From NCBI GenBank assembly GCA_043778225.1, contig JAYWGM010000070.1, positions 1-64,000 of the forward strand: a stretch of 64,000 bases of DNA, written 5' to 3'. The stretch's first letter is position 1, and every line of letters begins with the position of its first letter. The DNA is from Deinococcales bacterium. GTDB lineage: Bacteria > Deinococcota > Deinococci > Deinococcales > JAAFIG01. The notes under the pieces were generated by a model that worked only from the letters and a program-made list of their open reading frames with translations, searched no databases and was not told where the DNA came from. This document shows, piece by piece, positions 29,111 to 39,064 of this stretch. Made by a program: the position numbers and the translations under genes.

Positions 29111-30436
29111 CTAATTCCAATTCTGTTGCAACTCGAGTAAATGTGGGCGGGTCTGGAGTGGCATATCAGTCTTCTCAAAGGTCGTGTCTATGCCTTGCAC
29201 CACCCGAATTGCCTTCTCGAGCATGAGGTCACGGGCGTTGGTCTCGAGGGCATCGTAATCTTCATTTTGGGCAAAATTGGGGGTCACTCGAGCCGGTAGA
29301 GCGATACCATTTAAGTCGAGGGTACGAACGGTCGTGATGCTTAGTCCACTGCCATCTTGCAACGCAAAAGTCAGCAGACCCGTATTCAAAATGCCATAAC
29401 TTGGTTCGCCAATCACTGCCGCCCGTTTGGCGTTTTGCAGCAGGGCTGGGGTGATTTCGGCACAACTGGCGCTGCCCTTATCGGTCAAAACTGCCACATT
29501 GCCCGTAAAATTGGCAACCTCGGAAATACCCGTCCGACCACCTGTGCTGGCGCTGACTGTGCCATTTTCATAGGTGTATTGGTTACGGCTGGTTTTGCTC
29601 GAGAAAATAACCCCATTTCGCCCCATAAACGCCCCAGCCACGCTGATGCAGTTGGTGGCTGCGCCGCCAGAGTTACTGCGAAGGTCAAGAATCAGGTTTT
29701 TTGCGCCGTTTTTAATCGCTTGATTGATTAATTTGTGGCTCAGGTCGGCAACTTGTGGTGGCAAATAATCTGGGATACGCAGCAGGGCGATACTCGAGGG
29801 TAGACCAGTCCAACTTTTGAGGCTTGGCAAGGCGGGTACAGTCGCCAATTTTCCAGTCACTTTGACTTCTCGGATTTTTCCTGCACGGCTGATGCCAAGG
29901 CTAAATTCTTGTCCACTGCGAACCAAATCACGCAAAGCAAGGGCGCTGGCTTCATCGCCTTTGGGCAGCAATTTTCCATTCAGGCTCTGGATGACATCAC
30001 CTCGGGTTAATCCAACACTCTCGGCTGCCATACCGGGCAGGCTTTCGGTGATTAAACGCCCACTTTCACGGTAAATACTACGAATGCCAAGTATCGCAAA
30101 GCTCCCACCTTGTCCACTTCTGGCGCGTTGCGATTCGGCAAATTGGGCTGGGTTCTCGAGAAAAGTGTGCGGGTCTTGGAGTTGGTCGAGCATCGCCTCG
30201 ACAACTGGTCGAGCCACTTCGGAGCTACAAGCACTGCCAAGACTCGAGCAGGCTTTTTGCAAATTGCTTTTACCTTGGCTCAGCACGGTGGGTAATTGCG
30301 GCAACGAAAACCCATAGTATTGTTGCTGCATCAGTTCGCTGACCTGATTAAAGACTTGTTCGGCTGGGCTATTTCCATTGCTGGCTGGGGCGCAAGCGGC
30401 AAGTCCAAACAAAGCCACAAAGATTATTTTTTTCAT
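29111..30436 (-). CDS. S41 carboxyl-terminal protease lipoprotein (PDZ)
   Basis: LAAC lipobox, DPHT, DLRSNSGG, SASCAE, IGEPSYG. Confidence 0.88.
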   Translation of the reverse strand: MKKIIFVALFGLAACAPASNGNSPAEQVFNQVSELMQQQYYGFSLPQLPTVLSQGKSNLQKACSSLGSACSSEVARPVVEAMLDQLQDPHTFLENPAQFAESQRARSGQGGSFAILGIRSIYRESGRLITESLPGMAAESVGLTRGDVIQSLNGKLLPKGDEASALALRDLVRSGQEFSLGISRAGKIREVKVTGKLATVPALPSLKSWTGLPSSIALLRIPDYLPPQVADLSHKLINQAIKNGAKNLILDLRSNSGGAATNCISVAGAFMGRNGVIFSSKTSRNQYTYENGTVSASTGGRTGISEVANFTGNVAVLTDKGSASCAEITPALLQNAKRAAVIGEPSYGILNTGLLTFALQDGSGLSITTVRTLDLNGIALPARVTPNFAQNEDYDALETNARDLMLEKAIRVVQGIDTTFEKTDMPLQTRPHLLELQQNWN

Positions 30437-30459
30437 GGTTTTAGCCTAGCATGAAATGA

Positions 30460-30486
30460 AAAACCCCCCAACAACTTTGGGGGGTT
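30460..30486 (-). terminator. Rho-independent terminator
   Basis: AACCCCCAA...TTGGGGGGTT stem with an A-tract on the + strand. Confidence 0.6.
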
Positions 30487-30499
30487 GCCATCTCGAGCC

Positions 30500-31429
30500 T
30501 TATGGTTTTGGCGTGTTGTTGATGGCTGGAGCAACACCGCAACCTTGGAAAGTAATCACAATTTTGGTTTTGCTGTCTTCAAAGCTAATCGAGCCTGCGG
30601 TCAAACGATTGCTGGCACAAGTTGCACGATTGCTGTAGACCAAGCCACTGCTCGAGGCGCTAAAGTTTCGTTCGGCTCGAATGCCGCGTGTCGATTTCCA
30701 GTTGCCACTCAAGACCACTGTGCCATTTGGCAGTTGGGCGTTGTTGCTGATTGTGCCACCCGCATCGGCGGTGTAGGCAAAGGTCAGTTGGTTTGTCCAA
30801 GCGATGCCGACCCCACTTGTGCCGTCCACACTGCGAACCGACGAGCCAGTCACCTTATGGACTCGAGACAGGGTTGTGCTTGTGCCTTGGGTGATGTTGC
30901 GTGAGCCATTGCGACTGGTTGTCCAAACCACACTTTTGCCGTTGATCGTGCGTGTCCAGATGGTCTCGAGGTTGGTCAGGGTCTCGGAGTGGTTGCGGTC
31001 GTTGCTGTTGCTGGTGTCGGCAATGGTTTTGCTGCCGCCCCGAGTAATTGTGCCACCTCCGGGCAAGGTGCGTAAGCAGTTGGTTTTGTCAAATGAAACC
31101 GTTACGCTGTCTGGGATATTATCGGCATCGGTGTCGGTCGCAAAAGAACCAGCCGTGACTGAGCGGCAACCACTGGGCAATGCCAACAGACCAATGTTTT
31201 GAACCGTCACACCCGTGCTAAAACCAACTGTAAAACTCTCGGAGAACCCCAAGGTATCGGCTAATTCTTCGCTGTCGTCGGCTGCCAAATCTGCCGAAGC
31301 CAGACTTTCCTCGAGAACCACAGGACTCGAGTTTGTTTCGCTCGGGGTGCTTTGCCCACACGCCATCAGGGTTGCACCAAACGCGATTGCCAATGCCAAT
31401 TGAAATGCTTGTTTACCAAATACGGTCAT
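30500..31429 (-). CDS. Hypothetical Ser/Thr-rich lipoprotein
   Basis: LMAC lipobox after a hydrophobic stretch; AGGAAAGG SD before ATG 31429. Confidence 0.7.
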   Translation of the reverse strand: MTVFGKQAFQLALAIAFGATLMACGQSTPSETNSSPVVLEESLASADLAADDSEELADTLGFSESFTVGFSTGVTVQNIGLLALPSGCRSVTAGSFATDTDADNIPDSVTVSFDKTNCLRTLPGGGTITRGGSKTIADTSNSNDRNHSETLTNLETIWTRTINGKSVVWTTSRNGSRNITQGTSTTLSRVHKVTGSSVRSVDGTSGVGIAWTNQLTFAYTADAGGTISNNAQLPNGTVVLSGNWKSTRGIRAERNFSASSSGLVYSNRATCASNRLTAGSISFEDSKTKIVITFQGCGVAPAINNTPKP

Positions 31430-31509
31430 ATCAGTACCACCTTTCCTAAGCCGCTTGGCTCGGTAGACATAAGGTACAAAGTGGGGCGTTCCAAGAATGT
31501 TCCAAGGGT

Positions 31510-31875
31510 TTAGCACGATTCTAAAACTACAGTTGCCACTGCATTCTCGAGGGTGTGCGACAGACTCAGGTGGGCTTTCCAGTGGTTCTCGAGCATGATT
31601 GTTTGGAGTGACTTAGAAACCCGAATAGCTGGTCTGACCCCTTCAAATTCAACCCAGACATCCTGCCAGCCATGGGCTTCAAACCATGTTTTTTGAAAGG
31701 CTTCTTTGGCGGCAAAACGGGCAGCAAGGCTTGGCACTGGATTTTTTTTGGACAAGCAATACTCGAGTTCTTGAGGCGTAAAGGTGCGCTCTAAAAAACG
31801 TGCTTGGCTGCTTGAATCAAGGATTTTTTGGATGCGGTGCAGTTCGATTAAGTCAACGCCAATAGCCACAATCAT
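31510..31875 (-). CDS. acpS: Holo-ACP synthase (4'-phosphopantetheinyl transferase)
   Basis: IGVDL, ARFAAKEAF, SLSH. Confidence 0.92.
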   Translation of the reverse strand: MIVAIGVDLIELHRIQKILDSSSQARFLERTFTPQELEYCLSKKNPVPSLAARFAAKEAFQKTWFEAHGWQDVWVEFEGVRPAIRVSKSLQTIMLENHWKAHLSLSHTLENAVATVVLESC

Positions 31876-31900
31876 ACTTGGAGTATACGATAGCCACCTC

Positions 31901-34639
31901 TCATACTTGGAGGATACGAGCTAAGGTACTGCTTTCTTTTAAGGTGCGCTCGAGTAAGCGCACCAAGCGCAATTCCAGATGCCCACTGTGAGCGCTGGCA
32001 TAAAGTTCGGCAAGGGCGCGTTCGAGCGTAAAGGCTTCCTTGTAGGTGCGTTTACTTTGCAGCGCGTCAAAGACATCGCAAACCGCAAAGATTCGAGCAG
32101 CCAGCGGAATATCTTCGCCAGCTAAACGGGTTGGGTAGCCAGTTCCATCCCAGCGTTCGTGGTGGTACAAAACAACGTGTTTGGTGGTCAAAGGCAAAAA
32201 AGGAATATCTTTAATCAGGTCATAACCATTTTGTGGGTGTTCCTGCATCACCATTCGTTCGCCCGTGTCGAGTTTTCCGGGCTTACGCAAGACCGAATCC
32301 GAAATTGCAAATTTGCCAACATCATGCAAATATGCCCCCCAACGAATCGCCCGAATCTCGGGGTCGGATAAACCCAAGGCGCGTGCCATCTGGACTGCCA
32401 TTTGGGTCACACGGTCGGTGTGATTGCCCGTCTCGAGGTCGCGCATTTCTAAGGATTTGCCAATCATGGCGAGTGAACCCTCATAGGCGGCTTCTAGGGT
32501 TTCTAGGCGCTCTAAACGCGATAACAGTGCGCCAATCATCCCACCAGCCGCTTCGATTAAAAATTTTTCGCCAGAATTCCAGCCGAGTTGATCAAAGCGG
32601 TAGACAATCAGCACGCCGCCACTGTCGAGCATTGAAGCCAGCATTGAGCGCACCCCGATTTGGCGCATCGTTAAACCGACAACCTCAGCGCTTAGCTCGA
32701 GCCGACGCTGCACAGGTTGGCGCACCCAGACCAGCAAAGGCTCGAGTTGGAGGCTCTGCTTAATCGTTTCGGAGGTGGGGGATTTACCAACTTCGAGTTG
32801 AATTTTAATCGCATGATTATCTAAACGCAACAACAGCGCCACGTCGGCAATCGCCAACTGCCGCACCCGTTCGAGCGCATTTTCAAGGGCTTGGGTATCG
32901 TTGCCTTCGAGCAAACGCGCTAAATTGAGGAGGTTACGGCTTTCAAAAACCTGACGCTCAAGGTTTTCGGATGCACGGATGCGCTCCAATGCCCCACCTG
33001 ATACCTTAGCAATCACTTCGGTCAGGCGTTGGTCCAGGTTGGTAAATTGCTCGGGTAAATTGCGAGCCACCAACAATGCTCCCAAAGGCGCACCGCTCGA
33101 ATCCAGAATCGGCACGGTCAGTTGGCAATGGGCAGCCACTTCTTCGGGCATAGGGTCATGGGCGCGGGGGTCGTGCAGCGCATCGGCAGAATAAATCGTA
33201 CCTCGAGCCTCAAGCGCCGCCCACGATAAACCAGAACCGCGTGGCACAGCCCCATTGATCATGTTTTGAAATAAACCTCGAGCCGACAAAATCCGCAGCA
33301 CTTGGTTATCGGTAGAAACCAACAAAAAACAGCAATGCGGTACATTTAAGAGCAGAATCGCTTGCTCGAGAACACTTTCGGCAATCTGATAAGGGGTTCG
33401 GGCATCGTGCAGGGCTTCGGCAACCGCCTCGAGCGAAGCAAATTCACGCAGCCTCGCCTCAAGTTCTTTGCGTTCACGCTGAGCGCTCATCAAAGCCCCC
33501 ATTTGAATTGCAAATTGTCGGGCAGCCCGAATCGAATCTTCGCTAAAAGCGGTTTCGTTGCTAAAACTGTCAAGGTTTAAGTCTGCCACCACTTCTGTAC
33601 CAACCACCACAGGTAAATAGAGGTTGGAGCGAAGCCGCTTGTTCTGCAAAATTTGTTGCTGATTTTTGACCAAACCAAAAAAAACTTCGGGCATACGGGC
33701 AATGCGCGGCTCACCACGATGCCAAGCCAACACATCGCCATGCCAGTCTTTGGCATTTTGTTCGTTGAGCTCGAGTGCCAATAAAGCATTGTCGTAACCT
33801 TGTTGGGCAACAAATCGAAAACCTACTCCCGACCGTAAACGCAAACTGCCCCCTTCTGCCCCCGGCACAAGCAGCACGGCGGTACTCAAGAGCCGCGTCC
33901 AGAGGTCGTTGTCTTGACTGCCGCTCGCCATAATTCGAGCCGTACCAAACAGGGTGGTCACCAAATCGCGTTCAACATTCTGGCGATGCTGGGTTGGATT
34001 TGCCAGTTGCTCGAGTGTGCCAAGTAAATTTTGGTAGGCGGCGACTTCGGCGGCGGGCATGGTTTGCCGTGGGTTACTGCGCTCAAGATAAATCGAAAGT
34101 GCCACAAAAGTTGCCAAAAGCAGCAATAGCTGTGGCTCGAGGCTGTAAGGACGTGCCAATAAACTCCACCAAACCCATGTGCCTAAAGGTAAAATTGCCA
34201 ACAGACTGATAATTCGAGTCAGCCCCAGCGATTTAAGAACCAAATCAATCCCTGTGACCGCCAAAGCAACGCCGATTAAAAATAAGCTGTGCCAAGCAAT
34301 TGAACTCTCAAAAGGCATGGTTATGGACAGGCTACCTAAAAAGTTGAGTTGCTCGAGTAAGGCAAAAACAGCCCCAGCCAATGCCGTGGTCAGCATCGTG
34401 ATGCGCCAAGAAATTGTTTTCTCGAGTAAGTAGTCGGCAATTAAAGCCGCCTGCATAATAAAATACAGACCATCAGTCAGCCAAGTTTGAGGATACAGTT
34501 GCTCGAGTAACCAGACAGCCGTGACCACAAAAGTCAGCCCGAAAAGAAACGGAACACGCCCCCAACTGACCCGACGGCTGTGTAACCAAAGCAAGACCAG
34601 CAAAGCGCTGATTGCGTACAGTAACTCGAGCCAATTCAT
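31901..34639 (-). CDS. Membrane-anchored GAF/HD-GYP cyclic-dinucleotide phosphodiesterase
   Basis: N-terminal TM segments, GAF domains, LHDVGK, HHERWDGTGYP, DVFDAL. Confidence 0.9.
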   Translation of the reverse strand: MNWLELLYAISALLVLLWLHSRRVSWGRVPFLFGLTFVVTAVWLLEQLYPQTWLTDGLYFIMQAALIADYLLEKTISWRITMLTTALAGAVFALLEQLNFLGSLSITMPFESSIAWHSLFLIGVALAVTGIDLVLKSLGLTRIISLLAILPLGTWVWWSLLARPYSLEPQLLLLLATFVALSIYLERSNPRQTMPAAEVAAYQNLLGTLEQLANPTQHRQNVERDLVTTLFGTARIMASGSQDNDLWTRLLSTAVLLVPGAEGGSLRLRSGVGFRFVAQQGYDNALLALELNEQNAKDWHGDVLAWHRGEPRIARMPEVFFGLVKNQQQILQNKRLRSNLYLPVVVGTEVVADLNLDSFSNETAFSEDSIRAARQFAIQMGALMSAQRERKELEARLREFASLEAVAEALHDARTPYQIAESVLEQAILLLNVPHCCFLLVSTDNQVLRILSARGLFQNMINGAVPRGSGLSWAALEARGTIYSADALHDPRAHDPMPEEVAAHCQLTVPILDSSGAPLGALLVARNLPEQFTNLDQRLTEVIAKVSGGALERIRASENLERQVFESRNLLNLARLLEGNDTQALENALERVRQLAIADVALLLRLDNHAIKIQLEVGKSPTSETIKQSLQLEPLLVWVRQPVQRRLELSAEVVGLTMRQIGVRSMLASMLDSGGVLIVYRFDQLGWNSGEKFLIEAAGGMIGALLSRLERLETLEAAYEGSLAMIGKSLEMRDLETGNHTDRVTQMAVQMARALGLSDPEIRAIRWGAYLHDVGKFAISDSVLRKPGKLDTGERMVMQEHPQNGYDLIKDIPFLPLTTKHVVLYHHERWDGTGYPTRLAGEDIPLAARIFAVCDVFDALQSKRTYKEAFTLERALAELYASAHSGHLELRLVRLLERTLKESSTLARILQV

Positions 34640-34747
34640 GACAACCTGTCTTTCCTTTTGATAAAAAGCCAAACAGAACCAGATTCGTTCTGCCTCCCAT
34701 GGCTATTCTATTGCTTTGCTCACATCTTTGTCCAATAGGCTAGAAAA

Positions 34748-35701
34748 ATGTTTACTTTTAAGAAAAAAATTCCAGTCACGGTGGTGGGTGGCTTTTTAGG
34801 CGCGGGTAAAACCACTTTGGTCAATCATTTAATCAAAACGGGCGGTAAACGCTTTGGTGTAATCGTCAACGAGTTTGGCGATATTAACGTCGATGGCGCA
34901 CTGATCGAAAATATGGACGAAGACGGCGTGACCGAATTTTCTGATGGTTGCCTCTGTTGTGCTGGGCGCGATGACCTCGCCGAAGCGATGCTCAAGTTAT
35001 CTTTGCGTAAAAATCCGCCACAGCATTTACTGATTGAACTCTCTGGGCTTGCCGACCCCGTACCCGTGGCACAGACGGTTCTCGAGCCACAACTGCGCCA
35101 TATTTTTGATTTGGATGGGATTATTGGGGTTGCCGATGCCCGCAATCTCGAGCAAACACTGCAAGAAGTTCCCGAAGGCGCAGTCCAACTTGCCTATGCC
35201 AGCAGCATTATCCTGAATAAAACCGACCTTGCCAGTCCCGAGCAATTGCTGGTTTCGCGTGGCTTGCTGCGTCAACTTAATCCGCTTGGGGTGGTCACTG
35301 AAAGCATCAATGCGACTGTGGCGGCGGCTGCCCAACTCGAGCAGGGCGCATTTGATTCCGAATGGCAACCGAGCAACCACGAACACACCCACACCCAAGG
35401 AATCGCTACCTTTACTTTGCACCAATCAGAACCCTTGGATGCGATGGCGTGGAATGCTTTTATGGAAGAAAAAATTTTGGCACGACCAGGCAATGTTTTT
35501 AGAGCCAAAGGATTTTTGGCGTTTCGGCAAATTCCCGATGAAATTATTTTTCAGGCGGTGCGCGAAATTGTCAAAGTCACCAAAGGCGCACAACGCCATG
35601 AAAATCGCTCGAGTTTGGTGGTGATTGGGCGCGGACTCGAAGAGAGCGAATACCGCGAGGCATTTGCGAAACTGCATTTGCCCTTGATGTCACGGCGCTA
35701 A
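34748..35701 (+). CDS. CobW/COG0523 metallochaperone GTPase
   Basis: GFLGAGKTT, NEFG, GCLCC, ELSGLADP, NKTD. Confidence 0.92.
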   Translation: MFTFKKKIPVTVVGGFLGAGKTTLVNHLIKTGGKRFGVIVNEFGDINVDGALIENMDEDGVTEFSDGCLCCAGRDDLAEAMLKLSLRKNPPQHLLIELSGLADPVPVAQTVLEPQLRHIFDLDGIIGVADARNLEQTLQEVPEGAVQLAYASSIILNKTDLASPEQLLVSRGLLRQLNPLGVVTESINATVAAAAQLEQGAFDSEWQPSNHEHTHTQGIATFTLHQSEPLDAMAWNAFMEEKILARPGNVFRAKGFLAFRQIPDEIIFQAVREIVKVTKGAQRHENRSSLVVIGRGLEESEYREAFAKLHLPLMSRR

Positions 35702-35851
35702 ATTATTAAAGATGTTGCCAAAATTGGAATCATACCCACAAAATAATTAAACCCAGCGCTCTAAAGTTCTCGAGGGCAACGACCGTGCCATGCGCCTTTC
35801 CCAAAATGCCAAAATGCCAGCCGCCGCCAGCGATTAAAAAATAAGCTCGAG

Positions 35852-35884
35852 AAAACCCCCAAGTTACGGCTTGGGGGGTTCTTT
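35852..35884. terminator. Hairpin / terminator
   Basis: AACCCCCAAG...CTTGGGGGGTT. Confidence 0.6.
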
Positions 35885-35914
35885 GTATTCAGACAACACT
35901 GCTATACTTTTTGT

Positions 35915-36124
35915 ATGAAAACCCTAACCGTAACACTCGAGAACGAACTTGAACAACGCATAACCGACTTAGCGCAACTCGAGCAACGCAGCGAAACAGA
36001 AATTATTCTTGAGGCAATTAAAGCCTACACCACACCAAAAATCCCAGATTGGGTCGGCATTGGCGCATCTGCCCAAGCCTTATCGGTTCGAGACGAAGAA
36101 ATTCTTAAAGCAGAGTGGAAATGA
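35915..36124 (+). CDS. Ribbon-helix-helix antitoxin
   Basis: KTLTVTL...RSETEIILEAIKAY; ATGA overlap with the PIN gene; TATACT -10 at 35903. Confidence 0.8.
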   Translation: MKTLTVTLENELEQRITDLAQLEQRSETEIILEAIKAYTTPKIPDWVGIGASAQALSVRDEEILKAEWK

Positions 36125-36525
36125 AAGTCTTGGTGGATACCAATGCCATTTTAGCGTTGCTAAACAGCCAAGACCCAAATCACCAAGCAGCCTTGGGTGT
36201 CCTGCCAATTCAATTTTTATTACCAAGCCTGATTCTCCCCGAAGTGGATTATTTGACATCAACAAGATTAGGGACAACTGTTGCTAAGACATTCCAAAGA
36301 GCCATTGTACGCGGTGATTTTGAAATTATAGACAACACCGCCACCGATTACGCTCGAGCGCTCGAAATTCAAGAGCAGTACCAAGACTTGGCATTAGGAC
36401 TGGTGGACTCGAGCTTGATGGCAATTGCCGAACGCCTGCGAAACCGGCGGATATTTACATTTGACCGACGACATTTTTTAGCGGTGAAACCTTGTAACCT
36501 CGATTATTTTGAGCTACTGCCTTAA
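36121..36525 (+). CDS. vapC: PIN-domain VapC toxin
   Basis: VLVDTN, DPNH, LGLVDSS, FTFDRRHF. Confidence 0.9.
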   Translation: MKVLVDTNAILALLNSQDPNHQAALGVLPIQFLLPSLILPEVDYLTSTRLGTTVAKTFQRAIVRGDFEIIDNTATDYARALEIQEQYQDLALGLVDSSLMAIAERLRNRRIFTFDRRHFLAVKPCNLDYFELLP

Positions 36526-36551
36526 CATTCAAATCGTTTCAAAATGATCAT

Positions 36552-37433
36552 TTACCCCTCGAGAACCCCACGAATCCGTTCTGGTAAATGCCGCCATTCT
36601 TTGGGTGTGATGCTGCTTAATGCTTGCTCAAGCCGAATCGCTAAGTACGCCTTAGCCGTTAGCTCAAGGTAAAAACGCATTTCGCTGGCGTTCTGGGCTA
36701 GAATTTGTAGTGCCAGCGTCTCGAGTTGACTTTGCAGGTACTCGAGTGCCAAAAATTTAGCGCAGTTCATCAGGTCGTCTGGCTCGCTGTGCCTTAGTAA
36801 AACATCTGGGTTGCGGACAATTTTTGAACTCCATTGTTGGGTCAAGGGTTGGCGCAAGGTTATTCGGCAATGCGTACACGGTTTATGGTTTTCGGTCAGG
36901 GTGCTGCAAATTGGACATGGCACAAAACCAGCCCGTATCCGCTCGAGTCGCGCTCGAGTCATGGATTCAGCCACAACTTGTAAGGTGCTGCGAAGGCGCT
37001 CTGGTGTATTCTCGAGACTCTGGGCAATACGTTTTTGTTCGGCAGGTGTTAATTTAATTGGGCGGTGCTTAGTGATTTTACCGATTTTCTCGAGTGCGCC
37101 AACCGTAAATTGCAATTGGGTTGGGGCAGCCGTTCCTAAGACCCCACGCAGTTTCTCGAGATACAACGGGGTGTTGAGGCTAAAGAAACTGGCGGCGGTG
37201 TTATCCTGTACCCGAATGACCATGATTGTTTCTTTGGATTCACGGTTTTTACGCCATTCGATGGCTTTGGTGGTGCGTGCCAACTGATGCCCAACCGCAT
37301 CATCCCAAGCTGCTAAAAGCCGCGCTTTTTCAAAACTGCGTTTCCAGCCTTTGCGCTCTACAATTCGGTCAAGCACCCCAGAAATCTGGCGTACACCACC
37401 GGCTCTGGAGCGCTGAATAACTTTAGAAGGCAT
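36552..37433 (-). CDS. DUF721 / DciA family protein with a C-terminal Cys4 module
   Basis: WDDAVGHQLARTT DUF721 motif; CPIC...CTHC; TGATG coupling to recF. Confidence 0.78.
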   Translation of the reverse strand: MPSKVIQRSRAGGVRQISGVLDRIVERKGWKRSFEKARLLAAWDDAVGHQLARTTKAIEWRKNRESKETIMVIRVQDNTAASFFSLNTPLYLEKLRGVLGTAAPTQLQFTVGALEKIGKITKHRPIKLTPAEQKRIAQSLENTPERLRSTLQVVAESMTRARLERIRAGFVPCPICSTLTENHKPCTHCRITLRQPLTQQWSSKIVRNPDVLLRHSEPDDLMNCAKFLALEYLQSQLETLALQILAQNASEMRFYLELTAKAYLAIRLEQALSSITPKEWRHLPERIRGVLEG

Positions 37434-38482
37434 CAAATCACCTCGAGTGCGCCATCTTGGATATGCAAAGACTTGTCGGCTCGTGGTGGGGCTTCTGTGC
37501 CGGTCACAATCGCTTGAGGGGCGGCGGCTGCCATGGTCAGTAAATAATCGCGGCGGCTCGAGTCCAGTTCGGCAGTAAAGTCGTCGATTAGCAATATCGG
37601 GGCTTCCTTAAATTTCTCGGAGAGCAGTATAAATTCGGCTTGGCGCATCGCCAGCGCAATCGTTCGGGCTTCACCTCGAGAAGCGTAATCGGCAGCTTTT
37701 GTACCCGCCAGCCTAATCTCGAGGTCGTCGCGGTGTGGTCCAATAGCCGTGCTGCCACGGGCGATTTCTTCACGGCGTTTTTCTTTTAAGTGGGTTTGTA
37801 AATCATCAAGTCGGGCGGTCTCGAGTAATTTTAATTCCAGAATTTTATTGTTGCCAGCTAAATTGGTGTGCGATTCCTTGGCGATTTCGGTTAAACGATT
37901 CATCGCACGGCGGCGCAAACGCATGATTTCGCTGGCATACTCGAGCAGTTTTTCATCCCAGACCTCGAGCATCCAATCCTCGACTCGCTCGAGTTTTAAG
38001 ACCGCATTGCGCTGCTGCACGACCCGTTCGTACTGCCCTAACAACTGCCCGTAACGCGGCGACACCCTCGAGACCAGCGCATCCAAAAAGCCACGCCGCA
38101 GCCCTGGATTGCCATGAATCAAATCAGCATCTTCGGGGCGAATTAAAACCGCACTGGCATGACGTGCCAATTCTGCCACCCGCACCGTCACACCATCCAC
38201 TTTGGCACGTTTTTTGCCGGGCGCAAGTCCAACCTCGAGTTTAGAAATACCATCCTGACGCTCAATTTCTGCGCCAACAAATGCCTCTTTTTCGCTCAGT
38301 TGTACCACGGTCTCGAGTTTAGAAACTTCTAGCACACCTGTTAGGCACAAAAAAATCGCCTCGAGTAAATTGGATTTTCCCATGCCGTTGCCCCCCACAA
38401 TGGCAGTAATACCGGGCTTAAACTCGAGTTTACCCGCCTTTAAGTTACGGAAATTGAGGGTCGAAAGCGAACGGAGTAACAC
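37433..38482 (-). CDS. recF: DNA replication/repair protein RecF
   Basis: NFRNL, GGNGMGKSNLLEAI, GPHRDDL, ASRGE, LLIDDFTAELD. Confidence 0.96.
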   Translation of the reverse strand: MLLRSLSTLNFRNLKAGKLEFKPGITAIVGGNGMGKSNLLEAIFLCLTGVLEVSKLETVVQLSEKEAFVGAEIERQDGISKLEVGLAPGKKRAKVDGVTVRVAELARHASAVLIRPEDADLIHGNPGLRRGFLDALVSRVSPRYGQLLGQYERVVQQRNAVLKLERVEDWMLEVWDEKLLEYASEIMRLRRRAMNRLTEIAKESHTNLAGNNKILELKLLETARLDDLQTHLKEKRREEIARGSTAIGPHRDDLEIRLAGTKAADYASRGEARTIALAMRQAEFILLSEKFKEAPILLIDDFTAELDSSRRDYLLTMAAAAPQAIVTGTEAPPRADKSLHIQDGALEVI

Positions 38483-38605
38483 GACAACAGTTTACAGGCT
38501 TTGAGTCCTGCGAAGCCACAAAGCGCCAGTCACAATTTTGGAGAGATAAGTCACAAGACCCAAATAAATTAAACTAAAATCTCCACTTCGTCTGTTATAG
38601 ACCCA

Positions 38606-38980
38606 CTATTTTCTTAATAAATCGCGGATTTCAGCCAATAAGGCTTGGTCTGGAGTCGGTCCAGTTGGCGCGACCACGGCTGGCTTTCGCATTTTTTCCA
38701 TTGGCACAACCACAAAAAAGTAAACGGCGGCTGCCACCATCATAAAGCTAATGATTGAATTGATGAATTTTCCAATCATGATTCCACCTTTTCCGTCTGC
38801 TCCCGCTCCAAGCACCATACTCGAGAAGTCTGGCGCACCAAACAACATCCCGATAAGCGGCGTAAAAACATCGGCAACCAAAGAAGCCGTAACCGCTCCA
38901 AATGCCCCACCGATAATCACACCAACAGCTAAATCAACCACATTGCCACGCATCAAAAAATTCTTAAAACCTTCAATCAT
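38606..38980 (-). CDS. mscL: Large-conductance mechanosensitive channel
   Basis: FLMRGNVVDLAVGVIIGGAF, LLAEIRDLL. Confidence 0.97.
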   Translation of the reverse strand: MIEGFKNFLMRGNVVDLAVGVIIGGAFGAVTASLVADVFTPLIGMLFGAPDFSSMVLGAGADGKGGIMIGKFINSIISFMMVAAAVYFFVVVPMEKMRKPAVVAPTGPTPDQALLAEIRDLLRK

Positions 38981-39064
38981 GAGTTTACTCCCTTTCGTAC
39001 AAAAAGATTGTAAACAGTTCTAAGCCTAAAATAAACTGTGCTAAAGTTTAGCTTAAATTACAGT

